DNA from: Eledone cirrhosa
Lineage: Eukaryota
Length of the DNA: 64,000 bases
Direction: 5' to 3'
Assembly (NCBI GenBank): GCA_964016885.1
Contig: OZ024742.1
Coordinates: 136,834,001 to 136,898,000, forward strand
Shown: positions 52,727 to 64,000 of the stretch, one piece after another
Position numbering within the stretch: the first letter of the stretch is position 1
Layout: each line of letters opens with the position of its first letter
Program-made: the position numbers and the translations under genes
The notes under the pieces: generated by a model
Told to the model about the DNA's origin: nothing
The model's database searches: none
What the model saw: the letters and a program-made list of their open reading frames with translations, nothing else

Positions 52727-55121
52727 GCTTCATAACTCGTCTTGTCCTTTCTGGTGTTGTGAAGCCTAGCTTCTCCTGATTTGTTCTGAGGCAGTAGTAA
52801 CATATCCCAGACCCCCAATAATCACAGGCATAAATCTGAAGGTATAGTCAGGATGGACTATCTGCAGATTTCTTATGAATTCTACATAGATTTTCTCTTG
52901 TTCAATAATTTTAATATTATATTGGCATCTGCTGGGCAGCTGATTTCCACTGCTGTGCATGCCTTATTTTCACTGTCCCATATCATTATATCTGGTCTGT
53001 TATGCTTGCATTTTATTGGGGCTTTGACTGGACATTCCACTAGTATACAGTCATATTATATATGTATATGTCTTCCACATTTCTGTAACTTTTAATGCGT
53101 TTATTATCGGGGCTATCTTTTCTACGGATAGCATTGTATAGTTTTTTGGCCACTACATCCTGCCTCATAGGTAAATAGTACCGCAATGACATCTTTAAAC
53201 AGTTGCTTATTACATGGTTGACATCTTCGATGATTATTCTGCATAGTCTGCATTTGTTGTCTTATCTAGGTATTTCGCTTACATCCCTATCTCTTTTGTG
53301 AATCAGGTATTTTGTATTGATTCCCTGTTCTTGGATTGTTAAAGCATATCTTTCAAAATGAGAGCCAATATAGCGGTTGTTGGTCTAAGATAAACTACCT
53401 TGTTTATCTATATTGCTCTCACCCTGGAGCTTCCTGGCAACATATCCATGCACAATTCTTTGCTGATAAGTATGCAGTTTCTCATCTATGGATTCACTGC
53501 GGTATTGCTGGGCAATTTCCCTGGGGGTGAGAGTTTGATTATTATGCCGGGCGTAATTTTCAAGGATTTTCTTCCCAACTCTCATGATCTTATCTGTCTC
53601 ATGTAGACAAATTTGCTCAATACATGGGTTCTTATGCTTGGTGGTCTTATATGTTGTCGGGGGGATATGATGCGATATGGGCTGATTTTAAACCTCTGCT
53701 CCCCCACCACCTACGTTCTAAGAAGTGGCGGTCTATGTCATTGTTGATGTGGAAGTTTCCCGTGTTGTTTAGGATTGTTTGGGTTCTAACAACCAGAGCT
53801 CGGATTCATCCAATCGAATATTCCAAACTTTGGTGTTAGGACAGGCACAGCAAACACATTGTGAGCCACTGTTTTATTGTACGCAGAGATTTCAGATGAC
53901 CGTATTTTTCTTAACCGGGTGTAATATTTCCTAGTTACGCGTTTCTTGTTAAATATACCATCACATGATATATTCTCATCTGTCGCTAGGTATCTGTAGC
54001 AGTCCTCGTTAGATACCGGTTAAACAGTTAGACCATTGATAAAAATGTTGCTAAATTTGCTTGTAGTTTTCCCCTGCTTTATAATTATATACGAACATTT
54101 ATCATGGCCAAACTCCATTTTTATATTCTTTGAAAACGTCGTAACCAGGTCAAAATCTTTCTTCATCCCATTTATGTTTTTGGCATAAAGTTTCAGGACA
54201 TCCACAAAGAAGTTATGGTTTGAGTTTGTATTTCTGTCCTCATGTGAGCCAATTACGTATCCTTCACATTTCTTGAACAGAAAAGACAAGGGTTTTAATG
54301 AAGGATAAATAGTAACACAGAAAGACTGTCTCTTTGAAATATGCCCCTGTGATATTCTATTTTATCAGTGAAAATAGAGTCCTTCTTCTCTGTTTTAACT
54401 TTAGGATAGTAGCGCAAGAAGATAGGTTCTCTGAAGATAGGTTCTCTATCATCAAAAAGTGGGAACAGAGTCAAATGCTTTCCTGTAGTCCAGCCAGACT
54501 GTAATCATATTCCTCCTAAATTGTCACACCTCTGACATGACAGATTTTTTTAATTAGGAGTTATTCAACACAGACCCAAACATATTCCTTCCCAGCTGCT
54601 TGCTCATCTGAGATGTTGTTATTACTGTCGCAGTGATCTTGAAGAAATAAGTTCAGGCAGGCTTTATACATTTTATACATTAGGTTCTGGCATGCAATGG
54701 GCCGATAGTATTTTGCCAAGTGGGTGTCTTTGTTCTTGTGGCCCAATATTGTTTCTATTAATGTCAGCCACCCTGGTTTACGCGCATTTCACTTCAGAGC
54801 TTGCTAGTAACGGTTGATAAGATACATCCGATCAAATATCAGTGTTTTGTCCGGGCGTAGCCGACAATCAGATATATCCTAGTGATTTCTTATCTTGGAG
54901 TTTTCACACCACAGTCTCAATGGTATCATCATTTATTCTGTATGTTTTCGTTTTAATGTAGAGGAAGTAGTTATTTTGGATCTCTTTTAGCCACACTGCA
55001 TCTTCGTTAAATTTCTTCTTTTCACCTCATATTTTACACCAGAAGGAATCTATGTCTTTCTGGGATGGGGCCACAGTGACACTTATTACTTTGTCCTTCA
55101 TATCTCTATAGACTGATGCTT
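52727..55121 (-). mobile_element. R4/Dong-like non-LTR retrotransposon remnant (RT + CCHC + restriction-like endonuclease)
   Basis: YRPIACQNLMYK, HNFFVDVLKLYAK, KMEFGHDKC, CRLC..NHVISNC..RQDVVAK, KHNRPDIMIWD, VEISCP; many stops. Related + fragment at about 55955-56165 (VWKSELSAFNK). Confidence 0.85.
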
Positions 55122-55199
55122 GGTATGTATGTATGTATGTATGTATGTATGTATGTATGTATGTATGTATGTATGTATGTATGTATGTGTATGTATGTG

Positions 55200-55230
<31 letters not shown>

Positions 55231-56205
55231 AAGGGAGAGTGAGAGAGAGGGAGAAAGAGAGAACGTGGGAGTGACAGAGAATGAAACACCTGTTAGATCA
55301 ATACACAGAAAGTTTTTACTTGTATTGGTATATATGAGAAAAGTGTAAAACAACGGAGAAACATTCCTTGACACACTCGAGCTCACATATTCATATAGGT
55401 ATGCCGCTATGTGTACACAAACACATGCACATACACACAACACAGATACACAAACACATTTTTTAGTGTATGTATGTATGTATGCATGTATGTTTATATG
55501 TAAGTCTATCACCGATAATCTATGTGAAATGGTGGAGAGAGCAAGTGTGTGAAATACAGATACTGAGAACTAAAGGAAAGGATGTGGCTACATACTACAT
55601 ACGTGGGAGTGAGAGAGGTTGTAAAAATAAGTGGAGTTATTACGTTTGGAGAAGAAAGATTGCCGTGGTATTTGTAAGTTAAAAAATTGGCCTCGTAGTT
55701 TCAAACAATTTCAAAGGAAGATTAAGTGAAGCTTAAAATAATGTAAAATCGAAGAAAGAAAATATCGGAGAAATATACATATATACATATGCATATAAAT
55801 GTTCATATTTAATAGTCATTCGAGGAAAGTTTGTTGACCAGACAAGGAATATGTATATCAATATCAATGGTCTATAAAACTTCCCTATCACCAATGCCGA
55901 ATGCTACATATATATCGGAATTTATTAGAATGTTGCATATGCTGGAACTGTAAATAAAGCTAAAGTGATAACGGAATACATCAACACACATGAAAATGTA
56001 TGGAAATCAGAGCTATCCGCATTCAATAAGATCATATACTATAAAGATGTTGCAGTGCCAATGCTCAGTATAAACATTTGGGATATTGGGATATTCGTCT
56101 AGGCACTAGAATAGATTCGGTAACTTAGACATCAAGACTTGAAGGCTACTAACCACCATTGATAGCTCTTAAATCTACACTGACACACCAATGACACACA
56201 CCACT

Positions 56206-56280
<75 letters not shown>

Positions 56281-56591
56281 TTATATATATATTTATATAT
56301 ACATGAGGACGTGGATCCTGCCTAGTTACCTACTGTATACTAACATTACCACCTAATTTCTGCACATCGTCGTTCCATTCGGACCACCGTTGGCAGAACG
56401 GAATTATAGAAACTGGAGCATAGCTCCGGGTAATTCAAATTTCCTACCCACACGAAGTCGTGTTCTTCACTGATGTGTACACGCTAATCGGTTAGGTTCG
56501 AATTTTAATAATACGGACGTAATTAAAATATTGATTGAGTGGGGAAACGACCGAAGCTATTTTCATTCTATTCGATAAGCATCGTTGCTTA

Positions 56592-56632
<41 letters not shown>

Positions 56633-56633
56633 A

Positions 56634-56814
56634 GGGTGGTCGATTGGCAGTGTCGGTAGAGGGTCTAACGCCATGCTTTGATGTATAGAGTTACGGCCCT
56701 TGCCATTCTGATTTCAAATCCCGCCGAGGTTAACTTTGCCTTTCATCCTTACGCGGTCTATAAACTAAAGTACCAGTAATGTAGTGGTTAATTGCTGGCC
56801 TTGTGCCAAAAGTA

Positions 56815-56817
<3 letters not shown>
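56634..56817 (+). mobile_element. tRNA-derived SINE family A
   Basis: Matches 60104-60290; preceded by (ATT)n. Confidence 0.9.
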
Positions 56818-56883
<66 letters not shown>

Positions 56884-56885
<2 letters not shown>

Positions 56886-57082
56886 AAAAGAGTCAGGACC
56901 CCGATGGCTGAGCTCCGGCCGTTTCGACAGCTAGATCCGAAGGCTCGGAGCTAGCTGTCGAAACGGCCGGATATCAGTCATCTGGGTCCTGACTCTTTTC
57001 AAAATAACCCACTCTACTGCCCTAAGTATCGAGTACTCTGGTGCGTTATGGTCCACCTGGTTTCTTACCACACTCTCTTTTT
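56884..57082 (+). mobile_element. Hairpin element family H1, copy 8
   Basis: Tail-less inverted arm then tailed arm; (TA)n flanks. Confidence 0.88.
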
Positions 57083-57178
57083 TATATATAGTCTTCACAT
57101 TTATCATTATTATTATTATTGTCCCCTACATGTCGGCTCTTGTGGACAATAAATGAAATCATTATTATTATTATTATT

Positions 57179-59652
57179 GAATGCCATGGTTGACGGAGGC
57201 TCGGCTCTGTAAGTTATAGTAATTTTTAACCGTTATAACAATTGTAAATTATTTAAAACTTGAACCAAATTGTAGATAAAAACACCCTCCTCCTCGTGAG
57301 AGGGGTCTTTCTGCCCGTTATTTGGCCCTTCGGTGGTAAATAACCGCTTATTGGGGTTTTGTGCCCAATATTCATTTTAAACCAAAAAAAAACATGGCTA
57401 CAAAAAATAATTTTCACGAGTCACTCCCACTCATTCCGTCTCCTTCTTCCTCAATCGTCACTACATCAGAGAGAAGATTGTCTCTCTCCCTCCCTTCTCT
57501 AAATGTGGTGTCGCATCTTTCGCAAGCGACGCCATTAAAGAAAAAGAAAAATATAGTTTCTGGTAGATTTCACCAAGAGAACGTGCATTGCGTGGAACAT
57601 TTCTCCACGACGACGACAACGACGAACAATGTGTGCGGTAAATACGGAAAGCCATTTCATTCGTCTGACGTCATGAAGAATAGCAGCAACAGCCGTATTA
57701 ACAGCAGCAGCAGCAGCAGCAGCAAGAGTGACAAGGAAAACACTAGTAGCAGCTGCAACAACATCAGCAGCAGCATAAACAACAACAGCAGCAGCAACAG
57801 CAACAACAACAGCAGCAGCAGCAATAACAACAACAACCACAGCAACAGCGGCGGCGGCGGTCGTAGTACCAGCAGCAACAACAAAAGTAACAGCAGCTCT
57901 GACGAGAACAACAACAACAACAACAAGAAAGAAAAACCAATCTCGTTTGCAGGCATCGCAAAGAACCTGGAAACCATCCTTATAACAAATGAGGAATTAC
58001 ATGAAGCAAAGAAGATGGTGACGAAAGCCGGACACCGAGCAATCTGCAAGGCAGCCGAAAGATTTTTCGAAACCCAACAGCACTGTACGGTCACGTACCG
58101 TACAGTAAGCACAAAATCCCGTAGGGTTGAAAGAGCCACAGAGGCTCAAATACAAAAAGCCTTAGGGTCTGTGTGGCAGCGGAAAACGCATATCACCCGA
58201 GGCAAGAAATATGCCACCGTGGACGTGCTTTTTGCCACACCCCAGGAGGCAAAGGCTCAATCCTTAGTGACCCTAAGGAGCGAGGAAATGGTGTTGGTGC
58301 CATCCAACTGCGGGCAAAAAATTGTGAGAGTCAAACTGAACCACGCCCCCAAGAGATGGCCCTTTCTTGGCTGGCCGCGTCTGTCCTCGTCGGAATCGCG
58401 GACAAAACAACTGCACTGCAAGTACAGAAAAAAGTACGAGAAGATTGGTAGGCACGTCCGTTGAGATGTTAATTTAAACCAACCAGGATTGCATCGAAGC
58501 TATCCCGGATGTGATAGACTTCGATAACGGCACTCAACTGCCCATAAGTGCTGAGGGCAAACGCTCGAAATGCTTTTGCTCTGGGTCGAAGACTCACCTC
58601 AGCGCCTTCTGTAATGAGAAGAACCTGAGAAAGGAGAAAACCCCCTTCCTTCCGATACCGGCTCCACTGCTACCAGCAACAGCACAGGCGGCAAGGAGGA
58701 AGGATAAGTCCGTGGCACCTATACCCACGCTACGGAAATCAAGAACATCAGCAGCAGTGGAAGTATTAACAACAACAACTGTAATACCAACTGCAGCTGC
58801 AACAGAGACTCCACTGCAACCATCACCAACAAGAACAAGTGAAAGAGTGGAGCTGGTATCCGTCCCCGACCTCACAGAATCGGACATGGAGTGTGAGGTG
58901 GGAGAGGGATGGCAAAAAATTGCAAGAAAGCACAAACGCAGAAGCAGCGCATCGTCGCCTTCGAAAAGAGAGGGAAGAAATGAAAAAAGAGACTTACATC
59001 AGCAACACCACCAACACCATCACCACACACACTAGCACCACCATCACCACCGGCGACAACCCTACCGCCAACAACAACAACACCTTCACCACAAGCACAA
59101 ACATCGCAAACACAACAACAAAACACACACACCCAGCAACAACGGCAAGAAAATAGCGGAACCACAGTCCACCCCCAGAAAAAGAAATGCACAGCAATAA
59201 ATACACACAACAAGAAACTACTTACATAATTGAACACACAGACATTTCACAGCATGACTACATAATACCAGCACCAATCAAAACACCAACGAACATAAGA
59301 CTGGTAAGAATAGAACAGAAACAATACACAAACATTAAAACGAAATTCCCCAACGCAGTTGGTGATTTCAGAGACCTAGGAGGTACACTAAACCGGAGAG
59401 TATATTCGGATATACTCACAGAAGAGCCGACGACCAGCCGAGGGGACGATTGAACGGTCCCTTCACCAGACGATCAAGTGGAAAGGGATGGAGAAACCAT
59501 CCTGCCTCTACGAGAAGTAAGGTAAGTGGTCTTTCCCATCTTTTTCACTCCATTTCAACATGACCTCACTCAGAATAAGCAGCATAAATGCGCGTTGCTT
59601 GGGGTCGTAATGGATAGAGGGCCACCTGCTCAATGACCTCAGGTCACTAAAC
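57179..59652 (+). mobile_element. L1/Tx1-clade LINE, 5' unit: 5' UTR, disrupted ORF1, first about 90 nt of ORF2
   Basis: ORF1 57361-59035 with Ser/Asn tract, ISFAGI, zinc-knuckle remnant KCFCSGSKTHLSAFC and GWQKI; 59270-59652 duplicates 60360-60700. Confidence 0.8.
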
Positions 59653-60103
59653 TTGCAGACTTTCATTTCCCGCCAATATGAATGACTGCAGGTGTTGAAG
59701 CCGCCACCCTCACCACCACCACAGCGACAACAGAAACAAAATAAAAAAATAAATTATCTCGTGACATCGAAATTTATTCATCCTGAATCAACTCTTCCAC
59801 ACCGAACACCACTGACGCCAAAAAAGAAAAAAATCCTCTTCCTTCCCCCTCCAAAATCAAAATACAGAGGGAAACAAATAAACTATCAAACAAAAAAGTT
59901 AGGACAGCTATGCCACCATCCACACCAACATCACCAACCCCATCACCACAAACACCAACACCATCACCATCATTAACCCCAACACCACCATCACCAACAC
60001 CACAAAAGTCACCAAAAAGCGAAACAGAAACAAACCCACAACAAACGCAAACAAAACAAAACAACCAAAACGATACACACTACACAGCATTAAATTTGAA
60101 CAA

Positions 60104-60290
60104 GGGCAGTGGATTGGCAGTATCGGTAGAGGGTCGGACGCCATGCGTTGACGCATAGAGTTACGGCCCTTTCTATTCTGAGTTCAAATCCCGCCGAGGT
60201 CAACTTTGCCTTTCATCCTTACGGGGTCGATAAAATAAAGTACCAGTAATGTACTGGGTTATTGCTGACCTTGTGCCAAAAGTAGAAACA
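60104..60290 (+). mobile_element. Young SINE family A insertion with 15-bp TSD
   Basis: attaaatttgaacaa at 60089-60103 and 60291-60305; intact A and B boxes. Confidence 0.95.
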
Positions 60291-60606
60291 ATTAAATTTG
60301 AACAACAACCAATTATTACACTACATCCAACACAACACCAGCATCACAAAAAAGACTACACAATAACCCCAAAGTTCACACCAGCTCCACACATACAAAT
60401 CACTCGCATCACACAGAAAACGTACACGACACTGAAACAAAAATTCCCCAAAGACATCGGAGACTTCCGACAAACACTCTCTAGGAGGATTTATACGGAT
60501 ATCCTTCCGGAGGAGGTCACAAGCAGTGAAAAGGATGGACAAACCATCCTTCCTCTAGGAGAAGTAAGGTAAGTGGTCTTTCCCATCTTTTCCACTCTAT
60601 TTCAAC

Positions 60607-63600
60607 ATGACCTCACTCAGAATAGGCAGCATAAATGCGCGTGGCTTGGGGACGTCATGGAAGCAGGGCCACCTGCTCAACGACCTCAGGTCATTAAACA
60701 TAGATGTAGTGGCCATCAGCGAAACCAGAATCTCTGAAGCACAGGCCTTCGCACCGTTCTTCGGCGGCTACGATGTGTACCTATCTCCCAGCCCTCCGGG
60801 ATCGGGGGGAGGAATTGCTGTGCTTTTTCGGAGAGGTTTGGATCTCGCCATACGGTCCATCTTCCGGGACCCAGAAGGTAAGTTGGTGGTGCTGGACGTG
60901 ACCAGCGGAGACGGGCAAGCTTTCAGGCTGGTGGCCGTCTATGCCCCGACAGGAGCAGGGCGGCCTGATTACTTCCGGCGTCTGGAGACCTTTCTTGGAA
61001 CGTCCCGCTCTTTAGTGTTAGTGGCGAGTAGAACGGGATCTCAGATGCACGCTGGGACTGTGTGGGATTAGCGGATAGGGGAGGAGGGTGCAAGAGCCTC
61101 ACCAACCTGCTCAGGCGTTTTGAACTGTCTGACAGGTATCGATTGGATTTTCCGAATGTGCCAATGTGGACTTGGACAAATCGTATAGGGTCATCCAGAT
61201 CATATCTAGATAGAGTATTTTGTAGGGAAATAGATAAGTCTAGCATAGGCTGTCCACAATTCAAGATAGTCAGCTACACGGACCACAAATTCGTGATCTG
61301 TGTGCTTGACTTAGATAAGCTTCATAGACGAGGACCTGGCTACTGGAAGCTAAACGCGTTATTACCAGCGACCGGATTAGCGAAAGGCCTACAGAAACCG
61401 GATTATCGAACTAGTTAAGCGGGTGTTGACGGGGTCCATCGTCAACAACAAGTGGTGGTTTGCTCTGAAAAGAGCGATTAGAATAGACTCCATTAGGTTT
61501 AGTATGGCTTTAGCAATAGAGAAAAATAGAGCAGAGGGAGAACTAGTTAGAAAATTAGACGAGGCGCTTAGCAAAGGCATCGCGACCGACGTACTTGCTG
61601 CGAAATTGGCCCTTGACCAATTCTTCAATGCAAAGCACGAAGGCTGCGATGTCAGAGCTAGGGTGCGTGCTCTCAGACACGAGGGGACGAAAGCCGTTCA
61701 ATGGGCCCGAGTGGCGGAGGCGCGTCGTGGCAACAAAGCCACGATCTGGTCTTTGGTGGACCACGACGGGCGCATGCTACTCGATCCCGGGCAAATGTGT
61801 GAAGCTTTTCAGAGACATTTCGCACAGCTGTTCGGGGGCAGCAGCGGGCCGGATAGAGGGATGGACTTTAGTGTCTACCTCGACGGACTGCCGCGGCTTT
61901 CGGCCACTGAGGCGGAGTGTTGCGAAAAGCCGATAACAGCCGCTGAAGTACGGGAGGCAATGGGTGGCTGCACAAGGGATAAAACGCCGGGTTTGGATGG
62001 TCTGCCCTATGAACTTTACGTACAGATGCCAGACTTGTTCGGAGGCCTCTTGGCGGACGTCTACTGCAACTGGCAACAGAACGGGAGAATTCCCAGCTCT
62101 GTGAGCCGAGGAGCTGTGGCGCTGCTGAGAAAGGATCCGAACAAGGGGGATAACATAGATAATTTCAGGCACATAACTCTGCTAAACACAGAGTTCAAGA
62201 TTTTGGCCAAGGTGCTAGAAAAGAGGTTGCCGCTTGTCGTTGGTGGTCTGGTGGGAGCGGCGCAGACGTGCGCCATTCCCGACAGATCCATCCACGACAA
62301 CCTCCACCTCATGCGATACATCATAGAGAGGGTAGCTAGGGAACCTGGCACGCGTGGTTCCTTTATCAATTTAGATCAGTCGAAAGCTTTCGATAAGGTC
62401 GACCATCTTTACCTAGCGGCAGTCCTGAGGGCGGCTGGCTTTGGGCCGGCCTTCAGAGCTGTATCGCTGCCATGCACAGCGACATATGCTCTGTGGTGAG
62501 AGTGAACGGTCACCTTTCGGAACCGTTCAACATCATGCGCTCGGTCCGCCAAGGATGTCCCCTCCCGTCCCTCTTGTACGTATGGACTCTCGAGCCATTA
62601 CTGCACAAACTGGAGACGTTGAGGGGGGTCCCGCGCGAACTAGGATGCGGAAGATCCGTGTCAGCATATGCGGATGATGTCACCGTAGTGGTGTCGAACG
62701 CCAAAGACATCGAGGCGAACCGCACTACACTAAGAGAATACGAAGCGGTGACAGGAGCAATGATCAACCAGGAAAAGTCAGTGGGCTTGCAGCTCGGCAC
62801 CTGGAGAGTCAGGTCCATGCCGTCCAACAGCGTCGTCGGGCGCTGGACGGACGGGCCGTTAAATTGCTAGGGGTCTGGTTCGGTCCGGACCTCCAGACGG
62901 ACAAAAACTGGGACGAGGTAACGAGCAGGGTGGCTTCTCTCACTATCCCTGAAAGGTCAGCGGAGGTGGCTAACGCGTACATCGCGTCCGTCATCTACTA
63001 CCGCCTGACCGTCGTACCTTGTCCTAAGCCCCGCATGACTGCGCTGGAGAGTTTGCTCTTTCGCTTTTTGTGGAAGGGACGCGCTCCGATGGTCAGGCGG
63101 TCCATCTGCTGTCAACACCCGCTACGTGGAAGGCTGGGCATGCCGTGGCTGATGATGCGCAGACACGCGCTCAGGCTACGACATCTCCACTTCTTCCTCG
63201 ACGGTGATCAGGTGTGGTCGCCGTTTACTAGACACGTCTTGCCCCAGCTCCTCTCCTTTACAGAGCTGCTGTCCTGGGTCAAGCGAAGACCGAGAGGGAG
63301 CGCTTGGAGACTGGAATGTCTTCAGGCGCTCACAGCCCTCGGGCAATGTGATCGGTGGAAACTCCACCTTGGCGTTCTAAAGAGGATTTGTGGAGGGAAA
63401 GAGCGACGACGTACTTGGAGAAACTCTAGGCGTCGACGAAAAATCAACTAGCCAATCTCTTCGGAAGGACTTTCGGGCCGGGGCCTATGGACAACTTCCA
63501 GAAATCCTTGGCCTGGCAGTGCTACCGAGGAGCTTTGCCAGTTCGGGATAAACTCTACAGGCATGGAGGTGCCGTCAGCCTGGCATGTCCGAGATGCGCA

Positions 63601-63999
63601 CAGGGCGACGAAACCGTCCTGCACGCACTCGTCCAGTGTCCGAGCATTGCTGACTTGTGGGTTTATGTCGAACACCTGCTGTCACGTGTAGGACGGATCC
63701 GGCTATCAGCTGAGTACATCGTGAGGATTGCTCCGCCCTCTTACTTTAGCCGGGAAGAGCAGGCAGTTTTTATCTCTCTGGTGGCCATGGCAAAAGAGAT
63801 AGTATGGTGGACACGTTTGAAAGGGCTGAAGACGAGCACTTACCTCTTCGGTGATGCCCTGATTAACTTTTTCAAATTTCATTTGAAAAGGAAAATCAGG
63901 GTAGAGGAAGTGCTCTCTTCCCAGCATTTTGTTGAAAGATGGGTGAGAGAAGCAAGTATGGCCCGTGTGAATGGGCCTACTCTGAGTATGTGTCTGTAA
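60607..63999 (+). pseudogene. L1/Tx1 ORF2: APE endonuclease + reverse transcriptase + C-terminal zinc finger, with several frameshifts
   Basis: SINARGL, ISET, VYAP, SYLDRVF, TDH; KTPGLDGL, LDQSKAFDKV, SVRQGCPL, AYADDV; CPRC..ETVLHALVQC. Confidence 0.93.
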
Positions 64000-64000
64000 T

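Larger units (their letters stand above)
59690..64000 (+). mobile_element. L1/Tx1-clade LINE, second unit (ORF1 end + ORF2), running to the window edge
   Basis: ORF1 stop at 60572, ORF2 ATG at 60607. Confidence 0.9.

Noticed and set aside
57535-58139. Antisense poly-Leu, poly-Cys and poly-Ala ORFs
   Set aside because: Reverse frames of the (AGC/AAC)n Ser/Asn tract in LINE ORF1.

Overview
AT-rich, repeat-dominated animal DNA, most likely intergenic or intronic sequence from an octopus-like cephalopod. That assignment is an inference from OR-like tRNA/CORE SINEs and very dense (TA)n, (CA)n and (TATG)n tracts. I found no supportable host gene; nearly all ORFs in the track are microsatellite read-throughs. 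Coding remnants are all transposon-derived: Penelope-like elements (PLEs; RT+GIY-YIG at 21.1-24.7 kb, a GIY-YIG 3' part at 49.7-51.0 kb, a decayed copy at 46.0-48.5 kb), three RTE-type LINE remnants, a CRE-like and an R4/Dong-like restriction-endonuclease LINE, and a composite L1/Tx1 element at 57.2-64 kb. The most notable structure lies between the (TA)n tracts. At least eight short sequence families sit precisely inside (TA)n, usually as hairpins (a tail-less inverted arm plus a tailed arm). Most carry type I hammerhead ribozyme folds: canonical, minimal, with enlarged stem II, or with variant cores. Two families share termini with the coding PLEs in the window. Several share a TACTC...GAGT(G/A)CT motif at the start of the tail. 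One tRNA SINE appears to use the same (TA)n target. All folds were derived by eye and none has been tested.
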